Assembly (NCBI GenBank): GCA_963663165.1
Contig: OY760175.1
Span: 2,592,001-2,656,000 of the forward strand
Direction of reading: 5' to 3'
DNA from: an uncultured Desulfospira sp.
Lineage (GTDB): Bacteria > Desulfobacterota > Desulfobacteria > Desulfobacterales > Desulfobacteraceae
Length of the DNA stretch: 64,000 bases
The notes below the pieces were generated by a model. That model saw nothing but the letters and a program-made list of their open reading frames with translations, was not told the origin of the DNA and did no database searches. This document shows, piece after piece, positions 28,595 to 35,097 of this stretch. The first letter of the stretch is position 1, and every line of letters begins with the position of its first letter. A program made the position numbers and the translations under genes.

Positions 28595-29540
28595 CGAGGA
28601 TAACCTCCCGCATCAGGTTGATATGGATGCTCAGATATTTTTGCGTTGCTCCGATGCTTTTATGGCCCATCATTTCTTTTATCTCATAAATGGAAGCACC
28701 GGACTCCAGCAAATTCTGGGCGTAAGAATGCCTCAGCCAATATGTGTTTGACTCAAGATTGCTATCAGCCATAAATTCTCTTATATGACGGGGGATGTCG
28801 CTCCTGCCAACCGGTTTATAAGGCGGCACTAACTGTAAAAATAAGGTTCGAGATTGGGTTTCTGGTCTCCCGCCGATAATATAAGCGGTGATGGCCTTGA
28901 TCACATTGTCCGGCACAGGAAGATGAGCAGGGCTGTAATTTTTTCTCGAACGAATAAAAATCTCTTTTTGCCTGAAAGAGATGTCATCCAGGGTAAGTGA
29001 GCTGATTTCTCCGGGCCTCAATCCCAAAAAATATGCCAGGTGCATAGCCGCATAAATACGGAGATCTTTTGCTGTTGACAAATTCATGAGCTTAAACATT
29101 TTTTGCACTTCATGGGGGCGCAAGAATTTCGGTGGTTTTGACCGAGCAAACTCAGGAGGGCTCACCACCAGCACAGAGATGTCTTTTTTGATATACCCGC
29201 CTCGGTAGAGGTGCTTGAGAAACTGCCGAAGATGTGACCGGTTAGATCTGGCTGCCCCGGCAGAATAATTGGTGTTGTAACGGGCTAAAAATTGATCAAC
29301 CTGATGAATGGATATTTCATTTAAAAGAATGCCTGACGTTTGAAGAAAAAAATGAAAACTCATCAGTATTTGCCTCATTGCGCCGATATTGTTTTCGTTA
29401 CGAAGCTGGTGTTTGTAATAATTCAGATACCCATGAAAAATTTCCGGCAACGGAAGGCCGAGTGGCGGCATTATTTCTGCCGGCACTCGACATCGACGAT
29501 AAGACTGTATATTGAGTTCTGTTCCCAAATCAGACGTCAT
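28581..29540 (-). CDS. ritA: Tyrosine recombinase, RitA type
   Basis: PPKFLRP, LGLRPGEI, YWLRHSYA, MGHKSIGATQKYL. Confidence 0.85.
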   Translation of the reverse strand: MTSDLGTELNIQSYRRCRVPAEIMPPLGLPLPEIFHGYLNYYKHQLRNENNIGAMRQILMSFHFFLQTSGILLNEISIHQVDQFLARYNTNYSAGAARSNRSHLRQFLKHLYRGGYIKKDISVLVVSPPEFARSKPPKFLRPHEVQKMFKLMNLSTAKDLRIYAAMHLAYFLGLRPGEISSLTLDDISFRQKEIFIRSRKNYSPAHLPVPDNVIKAITAYIIGGRPETQSRTLFLQLVPPYKPVGRSDIPRHIREFMADSNLESNTYWLRHSYAQNLLESGASIYEIKEMMGHKSIGATQKYLSIHINLMREVILGETL

Positions 29541-29838
29541 GATCAGGTGCTCTTGTATTCAAAATAATCTGAAGATATTTGACACTGTCAACAAAACCAA
29601 TGTGCCGACAGGCCATTACCAGATCTATGGTATTAAAATTCTTTTCGCATCGAAAACACCTGCTCAGGTTCGTCTTAGGATTAACTGCAGTCTGAAATTC
29701 ATTGCACAAGGGACACAGAAAACGGAAAACCCCTTCACTTATTTTGGCTGGAATACCCAGTTCCGTTTCGATCAACACATGAATGGGTATTGAATTTCGT
29801 AATCTATAAAGTTCCTTTGAAGAAAATCGTTTGCCCAT
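29530..29838 (-). CDS. CHC2-type (primase-like) zinc-finger protein
   Basis: FRFLCPLCNE..TNLSRCFRCEKNFNTIDLVM..FVDSVKYL resembles the DnaG zinc-binding domain; overlaps both neighbours. Confidence 0.8.
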   Translation of the reverse strand: MGKRFSSKELYRLRNSIPIHVLIETELGIPAKISEGVFRFLCPLCNEFQTAVNPKTNLSRCFRCEKNFNTIDLVMACRHIGFVDSVKYLQIILNTRAPDHDV

Positions 29839-30343
29839 GCTGACACCTCTTCTTTTTGGTTAGTTCCTTCATAATATCTGGTGTCAATTTTACCGTCTCC
29901 TGGTCCGTGGCATCAATAATCTCTTGTAACGCATTTTTGTTAAGGAGGGTGTCAAACCCAATAAAGACAAGGGTCTTGGCCGATATTAAATCTTGTAACG
30001 GTATTTGAATTAAATCCATCGAAGATCCTTTACCAGCAATGGTTTTGGCAGTTTTTATCTCTTGTAACGTATTTTCAGTTAAGGATGGCTTTCCCGGAGG
30101 CTTTGTTCGCTTCCAGTAACCAGGATTGCTTTGGCGCCATTCCTGAACACGGACCACATTCTCAGGCCCTGAAAAATAATCCTGATTCTTTGGCTTATTC
30201 AGCCATTTTTGCTGGCTGTGTTTTTTACTGGCAATTTTGCATTCGGGTTCGTTACAAAATTTTTGCCGTTTCAAATGACGGGGATCTGGCTTGAATAAAT
30301 TTTGGCAGTTTTTACACCTGCGCTGTCGGATTTGTTTTTTCAT
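29804..30343 (-). CDS. Hypothetical basic Cys4 zinc-finger protein of the RIT-like element
   Basis: RRCKNC..QKFCNEPEC..NQDYF..RVQEWR..NPGYW; three 23-aa LQ(E/D) repeats; SD aaggagg. Confidence 0.75.
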   Translation of the reverse strand: MKKQIRQRRCKNCQNLFKPDPRHLKRQKFCNEPECKIASKKHSQQKWLNKPKNQDYFSGPENVVRVQEWRQSNPGYWKRTKPPGKPSLTENTLQEIKTAKTIAGKGSSMDLIQIPLQDLISAKTLVFIGFDTLLNKNALQEIIDATDQETVKLTPDIMKELTKKKRCQHGQTIFFKGTL

Positions 30344-30507
30344 AGACCTGATACCTCCTTAGATCTATGATCGGATGGATGGTGGCGGGGTAGTATTTTT
30401 TCAAAATATGGCGGGGTATAGCGGGGTCCAGCTGGGTCGGGCGGGGTAGAACACGCAACAAAAAAAACTCGCTACATAAATAGACAGATTGCACACTTAA
30501 AAAATCA

Positions 30508-31149
30508 CTAAAGCCTGTGTTCATTCCAAGTAGTACTGTCAATAGTGAAGCTTAGCAAACGATCAGATGTGCGCACTGTTACTTTATTTGAACTTATTTT
30601 TACATCCTCTAAGGATTCTCTAATTCGGAGACGAACTTCAGTAAAAGATGATGAATTTTCTGCAAAACCAAGTGCCCGGCTGGATGTGATAATCACAGCA
30701 ACATGTTTCCCTGTGCCCACAAAAAGTCTCTCATCATGAAGTGGAATTTGGGTTTCAATGAATCGGTTGGACGAGGCAACATAGCCGATAGCACGACCCT
30801 CAAATACCAGTAAAGCAATAATTGGAGACAAGGAGGTCATTGCTTCTTTAGATTCGTCTGGTCTCAAATGTAAATATTGCCAACCGCCTGAAATTGTAGA
30901 TATTACAAAAAAACGATTGTTGGTTAGAAAAGTACCTAAATGGCCTTTTGAATCACTCCATAGCACTTTTTCTTTTGCAGAAAGATCAAAAGATATTGTT
31001 TTTTTACCCTCTATAACCGCAACAATTTTAGTATTGGATTCGAAGATATCAATTAAATCTTCTATTTCTTCTTCAGCATTTGAATGCACTGTTAATACAA
31101 TAATAGAAAGGAGAATGAGAATTGCATGCTTTTTTTGAGATTTTAACAT
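30508..31149 (-). CDS. Secreted hypothetical protein with ~39-aa beta-strand repeats (propeller-like); cargo gene
   Basis: Signal peptide MLKSQKKHAILILLSIIVLTVHSNA; repeats LTNNRFFVIS / FEGRAIGY / ITSSRALGF / RTSDRLLSF; AT-rich. Confidence 0.7.
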   Translation of the reverse strand: MLKSQKKHAILILLSIIVLTVHSNAEEEIEDLIDIFESNTKIVAVIEGKKTISFDLSAKEKVLWSDSKGHLGTFLTNNRFFVISTISGGWQYLHLRPDESKEAMTSLSPIIALLVFEGRAIGYVASSNRFIETQIPLHDERLFVGTGKHVAVIITSSRALGFAENSSSFTEVRLRIRESLEDVKISSNKVTVRTSDRLLSFTIDSTTWNEHRL

Positions 31150-32265
31150 GGCGTTGCTCCAGGAATTAAAAAGAACGTAATGGTCACAGAAACGATTGCC
31201 CATATATCATTCTGAGTCGGACGATTTAATTTATAGGTATCATGACAAAAATTTGATCTCAAGAACTTATAACTAAACTTGGCATTCAACAAATTAGACA
31301 CCGGCAAATGAATATAGAGAAGATTCATGAGCTTTCATGGTATGGAACCGGACTATTTGAGGCCCAACGCCCCTCTCCAATAACAGATCAAGTACACATG
31401 GCCACGCTGCAGGCCTTTTCCCGAGCCTTTCCGAAAAAAGTCCCGCTGTTCTTCCAGGAATTTTGTATACTGTCGGTGTCCTGATCCTTCATCAGGATAG
31501 ACCATAACATTTTTAAAGGAGGGCAGCATCATGAAAATTTCACAGGCAATTAAAAATTTTCTGGCTTACCAAAAGCTCAACTCAAAAAAAACACCATCCA
31601 AAACTATCGATACTTTCTGGCAGTTTTCCAAAAGGAGTTCGGCAAGCGTGATGTCTCTGCGGTAACATCGGATGAAATCATGGCATTTCTGGTCAAAATC
31701 ACTGAAGGCCTGAAACCCTCAACCAAGAAACTCAAATATTCCCTTCTCAAAAGCCTCTTCAATTTTGTCAAAAATACTGCCGTGCCAAATCTTCTCAATC
31801 CATGTGACTCTGCTCTCCTATCAAAAACATTTCGAGTTTCCAAGTTGCCGCCATGGACAATCTTGGAACGAGATGCCGTTGATGAATTCATATTCAAAAC
31901 GGAGAGCCCCAGAAACCGGCTGATGCTTGAATTGATGGCAAGGGGTGGAATGAGGATCGGTGAAGTTCTGAAATTGAAGCCTCAGGATGTCCAGGATCGA
32001 AAACTTCATTTGCCCAATCCCAAGAGTGGCCGTACCTCCGAAGTCGTTTTTATTCCCCAAAAGGTGGCAGACCGGCTGCGTGATTATATTGCCGCTGAAA
32101 ATTTTCTGGATGATGAGCGTATTTTCCCTCTGGGGTAGGGTGCAATCCCATTTAGTGGCATGAACTGACATGTATCCAATTTTTCCGTTTTTCATGCTGC
32201 ATTGAATACTCTGCCCTCCCAAAAAAAGCTGGACTCCTGGCTCATGAAAGGTTATATAGATTTGC

Positions 32266-33138
32266 ATGAGCAGGACTTTAACCATTCAAGGACGTGAATT
32301 TTCAGAAGTTGATATACAAACGATACGCCATTTGATTAACGACAATCCCGCCTGGCACCGCACTCGTTTATCCAAAGAATTGTGTGCTCGCTGGGATTGG
32401 CGCACGGAAAAAGGTCTGCTCAAGGACATGGCCTGTCGAAGCATGCTGAGAAAACTTGAGCAAAAAGGGATGGTCACACTTCCCGTTGCCCGTCATAGCG
32501 GTAACCGTCAGCGGCGTATTCCCGATGTCCCCCATGATTGTAAGCCGATAGAAACCACTTTGCGTAAGATCCGCCCGATACAATTGATACCGGTATCGGG
32601 CCGTGGAGATATTGATGATTTATTCCATTGCCTTATGGATCGATATCATTACCTTGGGTGTAAAGGGTATGTCGGAGAACATATGAAGTATATGGCTTTT
32701 GATCGCAATTCTCGTCCGGTTGCCTGCCTGCTTTTTGGCTCAGCAGCATGGAAAACGGCCCCTCGTGACCGATTCATCGGTTGGGATAGGTCGGCTCGTC
32801 GCAGGAACCTGCATATGACGACCAACAATACCCGATTTTTGATTTTGCCATGGATTCGAATTCCCCATCTTGCCAGTCATATTCTGGGTTCATGTCTTAG
32901 GCGGCTGAGCCGGGACTGGACAGCTAAATATGGTCACGATATCTGTCTGGTAGAAACTTTCGTGGATCGATCACGCTTTGCCGGAACTTGCTACCAGGCG
33001 GCAAATTGGCAAAAAATTGGTCAAAGCAAAGGGCGAAGCCGTCAAGACAGGCACCACAGACTTCAGGTGCCGATAAAAGACATCTATGTATACCCGTTGA
33101 CTTCCAATTATAAAAAGCAGCTATGCACACAAACTTGA
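32266..33138 (+). CDS. DUF4338 (DruA-like) protein
   Basis: RTRLSKELCARWDWR..LKDMACR, YHYLG, PRDRFIGW, NNTRFLILPW..HLASHILG, ETFVDRSRFAGTCYQAANW..G.SKGRSRQD. Confidence 0.85.
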   Translation: MSRTLTIQGREFSEVDIQTIRHLINDNPAWHRTRLSKELCARWDWRTEKGLLKDMACRSMLRKLEQKGMVTLPVARHSGNRQRRIPDVPHDCKPIETTLRKIRPIQLIPVSGRGDIDDLFHCLMDRYHYLGCKGYVGEHMKYMAFDRNSRPVACLLFGSAAWKTAPRDRFIGWDRSARRRNLHMTTNNTRFLILPWIRIPHLASHILGSCLRRLSRDWTAKYGHDICLVETFVDRSRFAGTCYQAANWQKIGQSKGRSRQDRHHRLQVPIKDIYVYPLTSNYKKQLCTQT

Positions 33139-33195
33139 GGGTTTCAGTCATCGAAATGACAGGTAATTTTTCAACCTGCAATTCGAGGACTGATC

Positions 33196-34596
33196 ATGAA
33201 ACTTGCTTCCACTATAAGGGATATTCGAACCCTTCTAACAAAAGCCGTAGCTGATTTCCAAAACCATCAAAATGCTAATATCCTGTGTGAGCAGGTACGG
33301 AACGGCCTCTTCATTATTGTGGAAGCATTTCTGGTTCCCGTCATTGAAAAGGCACTGTCTGACCCGGATCTTTTATCTGAACTGAAAATTGGTGCCGGTA
33401 AAAAGGGACTGCGTTTCAACGGATACCGCCCCAGCAGCATTCGATTATTGACAGGAACTACCCTGAGCATCCGATCCCCTTACTTTTCAAAAGTTGTTTC
33501 CAAACAACGGCCAGGCCCTAAAACAAAAAAACGACAAAAGGGGACAGGCCGCCATTTTGGGCTTGATTACCTTGGTTTTATCGGCAGGTGTTCAACGCTG
33601 TTCGCTTCGTCGGTGGTCCATGCAGCATTGCTCTGCCCCTCTTTTGAAATTGCCCGAAGATCCCTGGAAAACCATGCAATCAACTTAAATGTCAAAACCA
33701 TACGCCGCATAACAATGAATCTTGCACAGGAAGCTATGCCCCTGCGTGGCCGGGTATCTTTTGGAGATACTGATCGCGTTGGTGGCAAAACGGTTCTGGT
33801 TTGTATCGACGGCGGTCGCCTTCGAGAACGGAGGCCAAAACGGGGACGTAAATCAAAAGGCCAAAAGCGGCAGGGATATCATACTGAATGGAAAGAACCC
33901 ATTCAGTTTGTCATACATATTGTCGATCCGGACGGCACAATATCCAAAAAACACTTGCCGGTTTATGATGCCACAATGGGCGGTATTGATGCCGCTTTTG
34001 ATATTCTTGAGATCTACTTGCGTGAATTAGATATTCCCAAAGCCAAGCGTGTTGTTTTCTGCTGTGACGGTGCACGTAGCTATTGGAAGCGAACAGGCCC
34101 GCTGGCCAAACGGCTTGAAATCGAATCCTATTATGAGGTAATCGACTACACCCATGCAAAACAGAATTTACATGAAATCGTGGACAAATTGCCAAAGAGA
34201 ATCCCTATAAAAGAAAGAAACCGGATAGCAGAATCTTGGAAGAACCTCCTTTGGGATGGCAGATTCAAAGACCTTAGAAAAGAAATTGTAAAACACATTA
34301 CGTACCCTAAAAGGCGCATAGAAGCACTATCCAAATTTAAAAGTTACTTCGTGAAAAATCGAAACAGAATGCAGTATCGCCAGTTCCGCAGCCTGAAAAT
34401 ACCTACTGGCAGCGGCTGTGTTGAAAGTGCAATACGTCGGGTTATAAATCTCAGAATGAAATCACCGGGTATATTCTGGAAACCGGAAACATCCGAATCA
34501 ATGTTGTTCTTAAGGAGTCAGCTCCTTTCCGGGAGGTGGAACATCTTGACTGACAATATCTTCATACAAATTCGGTCACTTTGCTTAGGCCACTAA
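33196..34596 (+). CDS. DDE transposase, ISKra4/ISLre2-like
   Basis: CIDGG..WKEP, CCDGARSYW, IDYTHA, MQY..IPTGSGCVESAIRRVINLRMK..GIFW; stop codon lies within the right TIR. Confidence 0.85.
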   Translation: MKLASTIRDIRTLLTKAVADFQNHQNANILCEQVRNGLFIIVEAFLVPVIEKALSDPDLLSELKIGAGKKGLRFNGYRPSSIRLLTGTTLSIRSPYFSKVVSKQRPGPKTKKRQKGTGRHFGLDYLGFIGRCSTLFASSVVHAALLCPSFEIARRSLENHAINLNVKTIRRITMNLAQEAMPLRGRVSFGDTDRVGGKTVLVCIDGGRLRERRPKRGRKSKGQKRQGYHTEWKEPIQFVIHIVDPDGTISKKHLPVYDATMGGIDAAFDILEIYLRELDIPKAKRVVFCCDGARSYWKRTGPLAKRLEIESYYEVIDYTHAKQNLHEIVDKLPKRIPIKERNRIAESWKNLLWDGRFKDLRKEIVKHITYPKRRIEALSKFKSYFVKNRNRMQYRQFRSLKIPTGSGCVESAIRRVINLRMKSPGIFWKPETSESMLFLRSQLLSGRWNILTDNIFIQIRSLCLGH

Positions 34597-34856
34597 ATGG
34601 GAATGCACCCTCTGGGGTATACCCGGGCCAGGGAGATCGTTAAAAGCGCCGGCAAAAAAATCGGAATTGATGTAAAGCCACATGATCTCAGACGGCATGC
34701 AGCCACTTATGCCAGCCGATCAGGCGTTCCTATTGAAATCGTTTCAAAAATCATCCTTCGTCACTCAAACCTGTCCACCACCCAGAGGTATCTTGGAAAA
34801 ATCAGCGACACCGAGGCCATGTATTGGATTGAGAATATTTACCGGTAAAAATCGAA

Positions 34857-34881
34857 GGGGATTGGGATGATCCTAATCCCC
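34857..34881 (+). other. Stem-loop immediately downstream of the integrase
   Basis: ggggattggga-tga-tcctaatcccc. Confidence 0.55.
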
Positions 34882-35097
34882 AACAATAGAAACGCCAGTG
34901 CTCATGGGGTTTTTCGGAGCAATAGAGTTTTTTTATAGACATATTGTGAGGGAATCAATCCCTGAAATACCCCCTAAATTGTTAGCAATTCAAATGATTT
35001 CTTTGATAACTCTCAACCCTAAAGACTCATTGGATTGATACTTATTTCTGAGATTACAATATCGCAACAATTCCTTTTAGTCACAAATTAGACTAAA

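Larger units (their letters stand above)
26417..30479 (-). mobile_element. RIT-type (recombinase-in-trio) element with two extra zinc-finger genes, 4063 bp
   Basis: Terminal inverted repeats ttatgttgcgagt (26417-26429) / actcgctacataa (30467-30479), 12/13; flanked by 6-bp direct repeat atagac (26411-26416 and 30480-30485); three overlapping tyrosine recombinases inside. Confidence 0.85.
32138..34610 (+). mobile_element. Insertion sequence (ISKra4/ISLre2-like, prokaryotic Mutator-type) with a DUF4338 passenger, 2473 bp
   Basis: TIRs gggtgcaatcccatttagtggc (32138-32159) / gccactaaatgggaatgcaccc (34589-34610), 21/22; 9-bp TSD tctggggta (32129-32137 and 34611-34619). Confidence 0.92.
31531..34848 (+). 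pseudogene. Site-specific tyrosine integrase with a -1 frameshift at an A8 run, interrupted by an IS (fragments 31531-32137 and 34620-34848)
   Basis: SD aaggagg + MKISQAIKNFLAYQKLNSKK, continuing in the -1 frame NTIQNYRYFL..GGMRIGEVL..PKSGR..ERIFPLG | YTRARE..PHDLRRHAAT..LRHSNLSTTQRYL; removing the IS and one TSD copy restores the frame. Confidence 0.88.
26332..34940. mobile_element. Outer tyrosine-integrase element (about 2.06 kb once nested inserts are removed) carrying one cargo gene and an integrase; host of the RIT element and the IS
   Basis: Inverted ends gtctataaaa (26332-26341) / ttttatagac (34931-34940), flanked by ttattg / atattg; recurrent CGAAAAA(A)CC-type subterminal motifs (26350-26359, 26394-26404, 34906-34916); internal TTATAGAC at 26409-26416. 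Confidence 0.6.

Noticed and set aside
26604..29540. Prophage or chromosomal xerC/xerD
   Set aside because: No phage structural genes; the overlapping trio with inverted ends fits a RIT element
30312..30542. 76-aa ORF spanning the RIT right end
   Set aside because: Crosses the element junction and has no SD or motif; likely spurious
31289..31299. ACAAATTAGAC shared with 35083-35093 as an att site
   Set aside because: An 11-bp match in AT-rich DNA is plausibly chance; no supporting flanking symmetry
26332..31530. Classical integron (intI/attI/attC)
   Set aside because: Cores are GTCTATAA/TTATAGAC rather than RYYYAAC/GTTRRRY, the integrase lacks a visible IntI-specific insertion, and there is only one cargo gene; kept only as an analogy
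32126..32137. 12-bp target duplication CCCTCTGGGGTA
   Set aside because: The CCC on the right belongs to the TIR (pairs with GGG at 32138), so the TSD is 9 bp
32266..33138. Druantia defence system
   Set aside because: Only a DUF4338 gene inside IS ends; no DruE helicase or other dru genes
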